64,000 nucleotides of DNA from an uncultured Acidobacteriaceae bacterium (GCA_963834805.1 CAWIDB010000007.1:89536-153535); one strand, 5' to 3'. Positions 26,642-35,692 are shown, numbered from the stretch's first letter. Made by a program: numbers and translations. The notes: generated by a model from the sequence alone, not told the origin.

Positions 26642-28048
26642 ATGACAGCAATCGCCGAACAGGCCACCTACATCAACGACCAGGCAATCCTCGATTGCCT
26701 CAGCCGCACCGCCGCGCCCGAGCCGGCCCGCGTCCGCGACCTCTTCGCCAAGGCGAAAGAGATGCAGGGCCTTACCTTCGACGAGACCGCGACCCTCATC
26801 GCCCTCCAGGATCCCGAGCTTATGGAAGAGCTCTTCCACACCGCGCGCGCCGTGAAAGAAGAGATCTACGGCTCCCGCCTGGTGATGTTCGCCCCGCTCT
26901 ACATCAGCAACCGCTGCACCAACGAGTGCATGTACTGCGCCTACCGCGCCAGCAACCGCGAGCTGCGCCGCATCACCCTCTCGCAGGAAGAGATCGCCGC
27001 CGAGATCAAGGTCATCATCGAGCAGGGCCACAAGCGCATCCTCATGGTCGCCGGCGAGGCCTATCCCAATTCCAACAGCCTTGACTACGTCTACAAGGCC
27101 ATCGAGACCATCTACGCCACGCGCAGCGGCAACGGCGAGATTCGCCGCGTCAACGTCAACATCGCCCCGCTCCCGGTCGACGACCTCCGCAAGCTGAAGG
27201 CCTGCGGCATTGGCACCTACCAGTGCTTCCAGGAGACGTACCACCGCCCCACCTACGCCCAGGTCCACGTTCGCGGCCGCAAGTCCGACTACGACTGGCG
27301 CGCCACCGTCATGGATCGCGCCATGGAGGCCGGCATCGACGACGTCGGCATCGGCCCGCTCTTCGGCATCTACGACTGGCGCTACGAGGTGCTGGCCATG
27401 TTGCAGCACATCCATCATCTGGAAGAGCGCTTCGGCTGCGGCCCGCATACCATCAGCGTCCCGCGCCTGGAACCCGCCGCCGGCACCGACTTCACCGCCA
27501 CCACGCCGTGGAAGGTCAGCGACGCCGACTTCCTCAAGCTGGTCGCCATCCTCCGCCTCACCGTCCCTTACACCGGAATGATCCTGACCACCCGCGAGTC
27601 GGCCCAGGTGCGCCACAAATGCTTCCAGATCGGCATCTCGCAGACCTCTGCCGGCAGCCGCACCGATCCCGGCGGCTACGAGCTGGCGCAGGGCGACTTC
27701 AACAGCAGCCAGTTCGCCGTCGGAGACACGCGCCCGCTCGACGAGGTTGTGCGCGAGATCGCCGAGATGAGCTTCACGCCTTCCTTCTGCACCGCCTGCT
27801 ACCGCCTGGGCCGCACCGGCACGGACTTTATGGACATCGCCAAGCCCGGCTCCATCAAGTACCACTGCGAGCCCAACGCGCTCTCCACCTTCACCGAGTA
27901 CCTGGAGGACTACGCCAGCTCCGCCACCAAGGCCGCCGGCGAGAAGCACATGCTGGTTCACATTGCGCAGATGGACGCCAAGCAGCAGCGCATCGCCAAG
28001 CCCATGATCGCCGCTGTGCGCTCCGGCAAGCGCGATGTCTACGTGTAA
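26642..28048 (+). CDS. hydG: [FeFe]-hydrogenase H-cluster radical SAM maturase HydG
   Basis: 468 aa. Radical SAM CTNECMYCAY and the C-terminal auxiliary-cluster motif FCTACYRLG...HCEPN. Confidence 0.92.
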   Translation: MTAIAEQATYINDQAILDCLSRTAAPEPARVRDLFAKAKEMQGLTFDETATLIALQDPELMEELFHTARAVKEEIYGSRLVMFAPLYISNRCTNECMYCAYRASNRELRRITLSQEEIAAEIKVIIEQGHKRILMVAGEAYPNSNSLDYVYKAIETIYATRSGNGEIRRVNVNIAPLPVDDLRKLKACGIGTYQCFQETYHRPTYAQVHVRGRKSDYDWRATVMDRAMEAGIDDVGIGPLFGIYDWRYEVLAMLQHIHHLEERFGCGPHTISVPRLEPAAGTDFTATTPWKVSDADFLKLVAILRLTVPYTGMILTTRESAQVRHKCFQIGISQTSAGSRTDPGGYELAQGDFNSSQFAVGDTRPLDEVVREIAEMSFTPSFCTACYRLGRTGTDFMDIAKPGSIKYHCEPNALSTFTEYLEDYASSATKAAGEKHMLVHIAQMDAKQQRIAKPMIAAVRSGKRDVYV

Positions 28049-28062
28049 TCCGGAGCCGCGGC

Positions 28063-29186
28063 ATGTCTCACATACCCCATGAAGAACTCGTCGGCTGGCT
28101 GCGCGAGGACCACCCCACGGCGCTGGGGCAGCTCTTCGAACGCGCCGATGGAATGCGCCGCCAACACGTCGGAGACGACATCCACCTGCGCGGCCTCATC
28201 GAGATCTCCAGCTACTGCGTCCGCCAGTGCCACTACTGCGGCCTGCGCTCCGGCCGCACCATGCAGCGCTATCGCATGACGCGGGAAGAGATTCTCGCCG
28301 CCGCGCACAAGGCAGTCGAACTCGGATTCGGCACGGTCGTCCTCCAGGCTGGCGAGGACTACGGCATCGAGGCCGGGTGGCTCGCCGAAATTCTTCGCAC
28401 CATTAAAAAGAGATGCCGCTCGCCATCACCCTTAGCCTTGGCGAACGGTTGCCCGATGAGTTTCGCCTCTGGCGCGAGGCCGGCGCCGACCGCTATCTCC
28501 TGCGCTTCGAGACCTCCGACCCCGCGCTCTATGCCGCAATCCACCCGCGGCGCGGCGCGGCCGTCAGCGACCGCATCGCTCTGCTGGGCGAGCTGCGCGA
28601 GATGGGCTACGAGATCGGCAGCGGCGTCATGGTTGGCATCCCCGGACAGACCTACGAGATGCTGGCCCGCGACATCGAACTCTTCCAGGCGTTGGACCTC
28701 GACATGGTTGGCATCGGCCCCTTCCTGGCCCACCCCGATACGCCGCTGGGCGCGTCCGGCGTTCCCATCGCAGGCCCCGATCAGGTTCCCAGCAGCGAGG
28801 GTATGGTGCTCAAGGCCTTGGCCCTCACGCGCCTTGTCTGCCCGGAGGCCAACCTGCCCAGCACCACCGCGCTGGCCACCATCAACACGGTTGACGGGCG
28901 CGAGCACGGCCTAGAGAGTGGCGCCAACATCTTCATGCCCGTCCTTACCCCCGCGCCCTACCGCCGGATGTACGCGATCTATCCCGGTAAGGCCTGCATC
29001 GACGAGGATGCCTTGCAGTGCAACCACTGCCTGCGCGATCGCATCGAGCGGCTCGGCCGCAGCGTCGGCACGGGGCCCGGCGGCCGCTATACCCGCACCG
29101 CCAGCCACACCGTCCCAACCCTCCGCAGCCAGCCCCGCTTCAGCCCGCAAAAGGCTCCGCCCTCGCCGTTGGTTGTCCCGCACTAG
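28063..29186 (+). pseudogene. hydE: [FeFe]-hydrogenase radical SAM maturase HydE, reading frame broken by a 1-nt shift at 28405-28412
   Basis: The N-terminal part (28063 onward, CVRQCHYCGL radical SAM motif) is in one frame. The conserved continuation MPLAITLSLGERLPDEF...GSGVMVGIPGQT... is in the -1 frame from 28413. The junction is att aaa aag aga tgc. One extra A would give ...TIKKEMPLAITLSLGE. Confidence 0.85.
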
Positions 29187-29235
29187 CCGAGTCTGAGAAA
29201 AAGCACTTGCAACATTGTAGATTCAGGGGTTTAGA

Positions 29236-29310
29236 TGGTGGGCACAGCAGGATTCGAACCTACGACTTCCACCGTGTGAAGGTGGCACTCTACCGCTGAG
29301 TTATGCGCCC
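29236..29310 (-). tRNA. tRNA-Val (anticodon CAC), CCA encoded
   Basis: The reverse complement reads GGGCGCATAACTCAGCGGTAGAGTGCCACCTTCACACGGTGGAAGTCGTAGGTTCGAATCCTGCTGTGCCCACCA. It has a 7-bp acceptor stem, anticodon loop TTCACAC and a GGTTCGAATCC T-arm. Confidence 0.9.
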
Positions 29311-29425
29311 GGCACCGCGCCTAGAGGCAAACCGTACTTATCCAGCATACACGGGGACAAGCATCCACACTAGACCGGTTTCAGCGTACCCGGCCGGAGC
29401 CCTCCAAGTACAATAGGCAAGCCAG

Positions 29426-30262
29426 ATGTCCGTTCCGCCACAGAATCGGCAGCGTAGCCACTCCCCGTCGTCCAATCCCGCCGGAGTGCCTCTCCACGGT
29501 GCCATGGACGCCCTTCCCGAGGGTGAGTCGGGCGATCTGCCCGTCGACGAAATCCCGGAGGATTTTGCAGCATCCGCGCAACCTCGCGACCAAGATGGGG
29601 TTATGGAGGATATGGCGACCTTGGCTCTCAACCCCGGTCTTCTCGATGGTGTGCTACCGCCCTCCATGGCGCAAGGCTCCGCGCAGTTTGCCGAGATGGA
29701 AGATTCCGCCATCATGCTGGAGTTGCGCGCCGGCAATATGTCCGGCTTCGACTTTCTCATACAGAAGTACCGTAGGCCGATCGTCAACTTCATGTACCGC
29801 ATGGTTCGCAACCAGGCCATCGCCGAAGAGCTTGCGCAGGAGGTTTTCCTGCGCGTCTACCGATCGCGCGAGACGTACCGCGCCGAGGCCCGCTTCAGCA
29901 CATGGCTCTATCGCATCGCCACCAACCTGGGGGTCAACTACGCGCGCGACAACCGGCACGAGCGCGCCGCTTCCACCGTTTACCTGGATCAGGCGGATGA
30001 GGAGACCGGCACTACACCCGATGTCGCCGATACCACCCCCAGCGCCGAGGACAGCCTGCTCCGCAGCGAACGATACAACGCCATTCGCCAGCATGTGCTC
30101 GAACTGCCCGAACGGCAGCGCATGGCCGTGCTGATGCATAAGTACGAAGGCATGGACTACAGACAGATCGGCGACGTGCTCAAGCTCAGCGAGTCCGCCA
30201 CCAAATCCTTGCTCTTTCGCGCCTACCAGACCCTGCGCGAAAAACTGAAGGAGTTTATGTAG
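29426..30262 (+). CDS. ECF-type RNA polymerase sigma-70 family factor
   Basis: Region 2 (FDFLIQKYRRPIVNFMYRMV...AEELAQEVFLRVY) and region 4 (LPERQRMAVLMHKYEGMDYRQIGDVLKLSESATKSLLFRA). The true start is probably an internal Met, because the first ~80 aa are not sigma-like. Confidence 0.8.
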   Translation: MSVPPQNRQRSHSPSSNPAGVPLHGAMDALPEGESGDLPVDEIPEDFAASAQPRDQDGVMEDMATLALNPGLLDGVLPPSMAQGSAQFAEMEDSAIMLELRAGNMSGFDFLIQKYRRPIVNFMYRMVRNQAIAEELAQEVFLRVYRSRETYRAEARFSTWLYRIATNLGVNYARDNRHERAASTVYLDQADEETGTTPDVADTTPSAEDSLLRSERYNAIRQHVLELPERQRMAVLMHKYEGMDYRQIGDVLKLSESATKSLLFRAYQTLREKLKEFM

Positions 30263-30407
30263 AGGAACTTTTTTTTACGACCACTCGTCTCTTTTTTCGA
30301 GGGGCCCGATGGACCGGAAGACCGGCGGGACAACATCCGCTCACTTTACACAGCAAGACGCGCAAGGCTGCTACACGACGCGTCGCCGAGGGAAAGGAAG
30401 AACCACG

Positions 30408-30914
30408 ATGAACTGCAAAACCTGCAAAGCCGCACTCCCCAATCTGCTTCTGGATCCCGCCGCGCCGGAAGACGCTGCTGCGCGCGCCCACATCGCCGTC
30501 TGCGCCGTCTGCGCGCAGGAGCTCGTCTCGCTGCAGGCCACACTCTCTCTGCTGGACACCTGGAAGGCGCCCGAGGTCTCGCCCTACTTCGACCAGAAGC
30601 TGGCGGTCCGTCTTCGCCAGATGCAGTCCGCCCCCGCGGCCGGATGGTACGAGCAGCTCCGGACGCGCCTTCTCTTCAATACCGGCCGCCAGTTCCGCCC
30701 CATGCTTGCCTCGGCCATGGCCCTTGTGTTGATCGCCGGAGGCGGCAGCGTCGGCATTGCCACCTACCAGCACCCCCGCCCGGTGCAGGCGTCCGCGGTC
30801 GTCAACGACCTACAGATATTCGACAAGAACGCGCAGGCGCTGCAACAGGTAGACCAGATCCTGCAGGAAGACGCGCCCGCTACCAACTCCGGCGCGGCGC
30901 TGCCTCAGAGCTAA
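30408..30914 (+). CDS. anti-sigma factor (zf-HC2 type, single TM)
   Basis: MNCKTCKAALPNLLLD...HIAVCAVCAQEL (zf-HC2-type Cys/His motif) and one TM helix (MLASAMALVLIAGGG). RBS ggaaaggaag precedes the ATG at 30408. Confidence 0.75.
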   Translation: MNCKTCKAALPNLLLDPAAPEDAAARAHIAVCAVCAQELVSLQATLSLLDTWKAPEVSPYFDQKLAVRLRQMQSAPAAGWYEQLRTRLLFNTGRQFRPMLASAMALVLIAGGGSVGIATYQHPRPVQASAVVNDLQIFDKNAQALQQVDQILQEDAPATNSGAALPQS

Positions 30915-31083
30915 AAATATACTTTCGGAACTTGGCTCTTTGCGTCGCAATCCTTGCATCCAGGAGGTGGAATGAGTAGTTTGAAAATAAACTTTCACGA
31001 TCTTTGCACCACGCAGTAGAGTTCTTCTTAGCAAGGGAACCCGGCGAGTCCGAGCGTGCATCGAAGGTTTCTCCCAACCGGAA

Positions 31084-31108
31084 GAACTTCACCCGCAGAA
31101 CATCGTCC
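31084..31108 (+). promoter_or_regulatory. candidate ECF-type promoter (GAACTT-N14-CGTCC; AAC-N16-CGT)
   Basis: gaacttcacccgcagaacatcgtcc, about 58 nt upstream of the DUF3106 gene ATG. Matches the generic ECF consensus AAC-N16-CGT. Confidence 0.35.
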
Positions 31109-31165
31109 ATCGGTTGATATTCGACCGTTTTTAGTAGAGGTTCCATCAGGCTATCAGTACCCATC

Positions 31166-31804
31166 ATGCAAATGCATCTTCCATCCCGGCTCTATTTCGG
31201 CGCGGCATTGGTTCTTCTGTTTGCCACTGGGCCGGCGTTCGCCCGAGGCGGCGGGCAAAGGGCCGCACCGCACCCGCCTGCTCCCAGGGCCCAGCGCGCC
31301 CAGCCGCCGAATGCAGCCGTCAGGCCCGAACCGCGCATCGCGGCCCGGCCTGCCGAGAACCAGGATCATATGCAGCGGTGGATGGACAACCATAGCAATC
31401 TCTCGCTCCCGGAAATGCAGCGCGCCCTGCAAAACGAGCTAGGCTTTCGCGATCTCCCCCGGCAAGTTCAGCAGTATGAGCTCAACGACCTTGCCCGGCT
31501 CTACAACATGGACCCGCAACAGCGCGCCCGCTCGCTCGACCGCAACGAGGCCTTGGAACGCCTCACCCCGCCCCAGCGTCAGGAGTGGCGCAATGCAGTG
31601 CAGCAATTGAACGCGCTTCCCCAGCCTCGCCGCCGCGTTTTGGCCCGCGCCATCCTCGACTTGCGCGAAATGCCCCCCGAGCAACGCCAGCAGACCATCG
31701 ATTCCGCCGCCTTCCGCGCCCAGTTCTCCGATAGTGAGCGCACCATGCTCTCCACCCTGCTCACTGTCGAGCCTTACACCCCCCGCCCCACGCCGACCCC
31801 ATAA
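31166..31804 (+). CDS. DUF3106-like secreted protein
   Basis: Signal peptide (MQMHLPSRLYFGAALVLLFATGPAFA). Repeated 'L(S/T)PxQR..' helices (LTPPQRQEWRNAVQQL, MPPEQRQQTIDS). Position after the ECF sigma/anti-sigma pair is typical. Confidence 0.7.
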   Translation: MQMHLPSRLYFGAALVLLFATGPAFARGGGQRAAPHPPAPRAQRAQPPNAAVRPEPRIAARPAENQDHMQRWMDNHSNLSLPEMQRALQNELGFRDLPRQVQQYELNDLARLYNMDPQQRARSLDRNEALERLTPPQRQEWRNAVQQLNALPQPRRRVLARAILDLREMPPEQRQQTIDSAAFRAQFSDSERTMLSTLLTVEPYTPRPTPTP

Positions 31805-31807
31805 CCC

Positions 31808-32617
31808 CTATGCGCTGGGGCTGGCCTTCTCCTGCTTTGCCGGAGCGGTCACCATGGCGCTGGTGTCCTTCAGCGCCGCGATGTCGTGATCGTACCGCCC
31901 TGCGATCGAGTTGAGCCGGATCACCGCCATCTCCTCCAGCATCTTCATGCCGTCCTTCAGATAGCTCATCCGGCTGCGTTCGTCGTGTCCCCAGGTGACG
32001 GGCACCTCACGAATCGCGTATCCCAGCTTGCGCGCGATGAACAGAATCTCCGGATCGAACCCCCAGCGCTCGATGCGCTGCAGCCGGAAGATCACCTGGG
32101 CCGCCGGTCGGCGGAACGCCTTGAACCCGCACTGCGTGTCCTTGAAGGGCAGCCCCATGATGGTGCGCGTCACCCAGTTGAAGCATCGCCCGAAGAACCG
32201 GCGGTACAGCGGCTGGTGGATGGTCTGCCGCGTGCGGTCCATCCACCTCGACCCGATGGCCACATCCGCGCCTTCGGCAATCGCCGCCAGCAGCCGCTCC
32301 GTCTCTTCCATCGGTGCCGACAGGTCCGCGTCGGTAAACATCACCACCTCGCCCGTGGCCTGCAGCAGCCCGTTGCGCACACTGTAGCCCTTGCCCCGGT
32401 TGCCAAGGTTCTGCACCAGATGCAGCCGCGCGTCCCGCTCCATCCAGCAGCGCACAATCTCCGCCGTCCCGTCCTTGGAGCCGTCATCCACCACCAGCAC
32501 CTCGGCGTCCCAGCCCTGGCGCTGGACGCACGCCATCACCCGCTCCAGCGTTCGCTCGATGCGCGCGCGCTCGTTGTACGCCGGAATCACAATGCTCAAC
32601 TGCGGAGTGGCCATCAT
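31808..32617 (-). CDS. family 2 glycosyltransferase (dolichyl-phosphate beta-glucosyltransferase-like)
   Basis: LSIVIPAYNE, VVDDGSKDGT and FTDADLS (DxD) motifs. The start is placed at Met-Met 32617/32614. Confidence 0.85.
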   Translation of the reverse strand: MMATPQLSIVIPAYNERARIERTLERVMACVQRQGWDAEVLVVDDGSKDGTAEIVRCWMERDARLHLVQNLGNRGKGYSVRNGLLQATGEVVMFTDADLSAPMEETERLLAAIAEGADVAIGSRWMDRTRQTIHQPLYRRFFGRCFNWVTRTIMGLPFKDTQCGFKAFRRPAAQVIFRLQRIERWGFDPEILFIARKLGYAIREVPVTWGHDERSRMSYLKDGMKMLEEMAVIRLNSIAGRYDHDIAALKDTSAMVTAPAKQEKASPSA

Positions 32618-32861
32618 TTCCCCAGGGTTGCCGTTGCTGCCGCGCAGCCATCGCGCGGAGAGGGTGCAGGCCGCGCACAGTGCGGCAGGAGTCATTAATG
32701 CAATTGCTATCTAACGACGATCCAAGTTCCAGCTTAGCCGCATAAACGGCCCTCTGCGGCTCACATTTTCTACGCTACACTCCCCTGTCCGCTCACTTTG
32801 CCGCCTGCGCGGGAGAAAGTTCTTCTCAAGGACAGGGAATTAATAGTCTAAACTGCGAAGT

Positions 32862-33917
32862 ATGCCGGAAGATATTCCCACCCCGCCACCTCAACCGCCC
32901 GCCACTGCCACTCCGCCCACCCCGCCGCCAACTCCGCCCTACGCCTACGCGCCGCCCTATGCTGCGCACGGCTCGCCGTATGCCGTGTACGGCCAGCCGC
33001 CGCACCGCCGCCACTCGGCCTGGTTCTGGGTGGCCATCGTCGGAGGCTCGTTTGCCGCCGTTGTGCTGCTCTTCACCGTGATGGTCTGGTCCATCGTGAA
33101 GAGTGTCAGCGGCGACTCCACCACCACCATCGACGGCCTCGGCGGCTCCAGGATCGGCGTCATCGACATCGACGGCGCCATCCTGGACGCCGACAAGATC
33201 GACACCGAGATCCGCAAGTTCGGCGACGACTCCTCCGTCAAGGCCATCATCCTGCACATCAACTCACCCGGCGGCGGCGCCGCGGCCAGCCAGGAGATCT
33301 ACAACGAGGTTCTGCGCGTACGCCACGAGAAGAACAAGAAGGTCGTTGCCTCGGTCGAGTCCGTCGGCGCATCCGGTGCCTACTACATCGCCAGCGGTTG
33401 CGACAAGATATACGCCAACAACGCCTCCGTGGTCGGCTCTATCGGCGTCATCATGGAGTGGACCAACTACGGCGACCTGCTGAAGTGGGCCAAGATGAAG
33501 AACGTCGTTATCCACGCGGGCACGCTGAAGGACGCCGGCGACCCCACGCGCGACATGACACCCGAAGAGCAGGCCTACTTCCAGTCCGTGGTCGACAACA
33601 TGTACGGCCAGTTCATCCACGATGTAGCCGTCGGCCGCCACACCACCGAGGACAAGATCCGCCCGCTGGCCACGGGGCAGGTCTGGACCGGACAGCAGTC
33701 GCTGCCGCTGGGCCTGATCGACAAGATCGGCGGCTTCCGCGTCGCGCTGATGGACACGGCCAGCTCGGTCGGCATCAGTGGCGAGCCCACCATCGAACGC
33801 CCCACCGCCGACAAGAAAGGCCTCCTCGCGCTGCTCTCCGACGACTCCGACGAAATCTTCCCCAACCCCTCCAAACTCCTCGACCAGGCCCCCGGCTTCT
33901 ACTTTATGTGGAGATAG
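32862..33917 (+). CDS. sppA: signal peptide peptidase SppA, 36K type
   Basis: Pro-rich N-terminus and a TM helix, then KAIILHINSPGGGAAAS, SVGASGAYYIASGCDKI and VGSIGVI (ClpP/crotonase-fold S49 peptidase). Confidence 0.85.
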   Translation: MPEDIPTPPPQPPATATPPTPPPTPPYAYAPPYAAHGSPYAVYGQPPHRRHSAWFWVAIVGGSFAAVVLLFTVMVWSIVKSVSGDSTTTIDGLGGSRIGVIDIDGAILDADKIDTEIRKFGDDSSVKAIILHINSPGGGAAASQEIYNEVLRVRHEKNKKVVASVESVGASGAYYIASGCDKIYANNASVVGSIGVIMEWTNYGDLLKWAKMKNVVIHAGTLKDAGDPTRDMTPEEQAYFQSVVDNMYGQFIHDVAVGRHTTEDKIRPLATGQVWTGQQSLPLGLIDKIGGFRVALMDTASSVGISGEPTIERPTADKKGLLALLSDDSDEIFPNPSKLLDQAPGFYFMWR

Positions 33918-33995
33918 AGGGGGCCACATCCTCGCAGCAGCTTTATCGCCGTGATCGAAGTCACCGCCGGCTTTGCTGATGGGAAGAGATGAATC

Positions 33996-34193
33996 ATGGG
34001 CGTTCTATTAGTGATTTTCGGTGTCCTGGCAATCGCAGGAGGGGTACTGGGGAAGGACTTCCACGTCGCAGGTGTAATCGCGCTGAGTGAATTTAAGCAG
34101 AAGAGATCGAGATGGTCAGGGCGTCTCGTTTTCATCGTCGTTGGTGTGGGCCTTATCGGCATAGGCATCAAGATGTTGTTGGGAGCTGAGTAG
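33996..34193 (+). CDS. small two-TM membrane protein (hypothetical)
   Basis: 65 aa with two hydrophobic helices (GVLLVIFGVLAIAGGVLG; LVFIVVGVGLIGIGIKML). Composition is AT-richer than the flanks. No similarity recognised. Confidence 0.4.
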   Translation: MGVLLVIFGVLAIAGGVLGKDFHVAGVIALSEFKQKRSRWSGRLVFIVVGVGLIGIGIKMLLGAE

Positions 34194-34239
34194 GCCCGTT
34201 GGCCGGGTACCACGCCTCTCCACTCTGCGCTGTAGGATT

Positions 34240-35229
34240 ATGCTTTATTTCACAAGGACACTCATGCGCTTCCCATCCACTCGCGTCATCTCCGCTGTCA
34301 TTCTTCTCGTCGCCGTCTCCTCCTGCCTCGCGCAGAGCGCGCCAACCCGCCCGCGCATCACCGGCATCTCGCATGTCGCCTACTACGTATCCGACATGCC
34401 CAAGGCCATGGTCTTCTGGCACGACCTGCTCGGCCTCGACGTCTCCTACGACCGCAAGAAGCCCGGCACAACCGACACCAGCGTCGCCTTCCTCAAGGTG
34501 AACGACCATCAGTACGTCGAGCTGCTCAGCGACCGTCCTCCCGCCGCCGACCCCAAGAACTTCATGAGCCACCTCTGCTTCCTGACCGACGACGTGGAGC
34601 AGATGCGCGCCTATCTGGCCTCCAAAGGCATTGCCGTCCCGCCGCGCGCCAGCCGCACCGGCACCGGCGACCTGGTCTTCTCCGTCCATGACCCCGACGG
34701 CACCGAGATCGAGTTCTCCCAACCGCAGCCCGCCAGCGTGGAGGCCCAGGGAGCGGGCAAGTTCCTGTCGCCCACGCGCGTCTCCGACCGCATCTACCAC
34801 GCCGGCTTCCTGGTGGGCAACACCCAGCGCGCCCTCGACTTCTACGGCAACATCCTCGGTTTCCAGGAGTTCTGGCGCGGCAGCGGCAGCCCCACCCAGC
34901 TCAGTTGGATCAACATGCGCGTGCCGGACGGGACCGACTACGTGGAGCTCATGCTCTATCGCACCCTGCCCGCCACCTACGGCACCAGCAACCACGTCGC
35001 GCTCCTTGTCCCCGACCTGGCCGCCGCCGTCGCATCGCTGCAGGCCCGCCCCGCCATCAAGAGCTACGGCCAGGCGCTGGGCAGCGGACATGTCGGCCAC
35101 AACGGAAAGCGCCAGCTCAGCCTCTTCGACCCCGACGGCACACGCGTCGAACTGATGGAGCCGAATACCGCTGACGGCAAGCCCGTTCCGTCCTCCACCG
35201 CGCCGCCGCCCCCACCCGTGCACGACTAG
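34240..35229 (+). CDS. VOC (glyoxalase/bleomycin-resistance/dioxygenase) family protein, two VOC domains, secreted
   Basis: Signal peptide, then two copies of the ...I(S/Y)H(V/A)(A/G)(Y/F)xV.D...FY...LG... module (ITGISHVAYYVSDM...; RIYHAGFLVGNTQRALDFYGNILGF). Confidence 0.75.
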   Translation: MLYFTRTLMRFPSTRVISAVILLVAVSSCLAQSAPTRPRITGISHVAYYVSDMPKAMVFWHDLLGLDVSYDRKKPGTTDTSVAFLKVNDHQYVELLSDRPPAADPKNFMSHLCFLTDDVEQMRAYLASKGIAVPPRASRTGTGDLVFSVHDPDGTEIEFSQPQPASVEAQGAGKFLSPTRVSDRIYHAGFLVGNTQRALDFYGNILGFQEFWRGSGSPTQLSWINMRVPDGTDYVELMLYRTLPATYGTSNHVALLVPDLAAAVASLQARPAIKSYGQALGSGHVGHNGKRQLSLFDPDGTRVELMEPNTADGKPVPSSTAPPPPPVHD

Positions 35230-35272
35230 ACATGCTGCGGAAAAAGGCTTGATTGGCACTTCTGGTAGAAGG

Positions 35273-35340
35273 TCCGGGGCTAAAGTCCTTTGAATCCATT
35301 GGACTTATTCAGGGGGAGACTCGGGGCTAAAGCCCCGAGC
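35273..35340. repeat. 'ggggctaaagcccc' REP-type hairpin element (two hairpins)
   Basis: tccggggctaaagtcc...ttattcaggggg...ctcggggctaaagccccgag. Related copies lie at 45312-45461 and 51009-51097. Confidence 0.65.
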
Positions 35341-35377
35341 TACCAGCCTCATGCTCCCTCCGAAAGACAAAACAAAA

Positions 35378-35492
35378 GGCAAGGGCAAAGACAGAAGCAG
35401 ATTTCCTACGGGAATGACAACCAAAAAACAGGCAAAGGCAAGGGCCAAGGCAGAAGCAGATACCTCCGCTGCGCTACGGAATGACAAAGAAA
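35378..35492. repeat. tandem duplication of a 'ggcaagggc..cagaagcagat..ggaatgacaa' unit
   Basis: Units at about 35378-35430 and 35431-35492. The 'gaagcagattcc...gcggaatgacaaacaaaaaa' tail recurs at 45530-45577 and 38287-38340. Confidence 0.6.
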
Positions 35493-35538
35493 TTGGTGGG
35501 AGAAAGAGTTGGAGGGTTGGGATAAGGCATAGTGTATC

Positions 35539-35592
35539 GGGGTCCTTCGACTGTGCACGTCGATGGGGCCGACGTGCTTCGCTCAGGATGAC
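35539..35592. repeat. Rep-C element (ggggtccttcgac...hairpin...cgctcaggatgac)
   Basis: Near-identical ends to the copy at 36836-36891. The internal hairpin is gcacgtcg...cgacgtgc. Confidence 0.65.
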
Positions 35593-35655
35593 GGTGGGGG
35601 GGTATCGACGGTGGTGGGAAAGAAAGCGGTCGTGCTGCGCACGATACCCCACGCT

Positions 35656-35692
35656 CCACCCCAGCGAGCGTAGAACGCTCGCCGGGGACCCC
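35656..35692. repeat. Rep-D hairpin (ccaccccagcgagcg-tagaa-cgctcgccggggacccc)
   Basis: Reverse-complement relative of the tandem units at 5767-5852. Confidence 0.6.

Noticed and set aside
26531-27961. 476-aa minus-strand ORF antisense to hydG.
   Set aside because: Gly/Ala/Val/Asp-rich antisense artefact. The opposite strand encodes a full-length HydG with a radical SAM motif and the C-terminal cluster motif.
27223-28062. Upstream 280 codons of the 563-aa ORF that contains the hydE N-terminus.
   Set aside because: This part overlaps hydG out of frame and is Arg/Pro-rich. HydE similarity begins only at the ATG at 28063 (MSHIPHEEL...).
30927-30950. 'ggaacttggctctttgcgtcgcaa', considered as an ECF promoter after the anti-sigma gene.
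   Set aside because: The spacing between AAC and CGT is only 13 nt, against about 16 expected. The gaactt...cgtcc site at 31084-31108 has the canonical AAC-N16-CGT spacing.
35378-35492. Tandem repeat units, also at 5767-5852, considered as a possible mini CRISPR array.
   Set aside because: There are only two adjacent units with no unique spacers between them. The units are imperfect and belong to dispersed repeat families. No cas genes are in the window.
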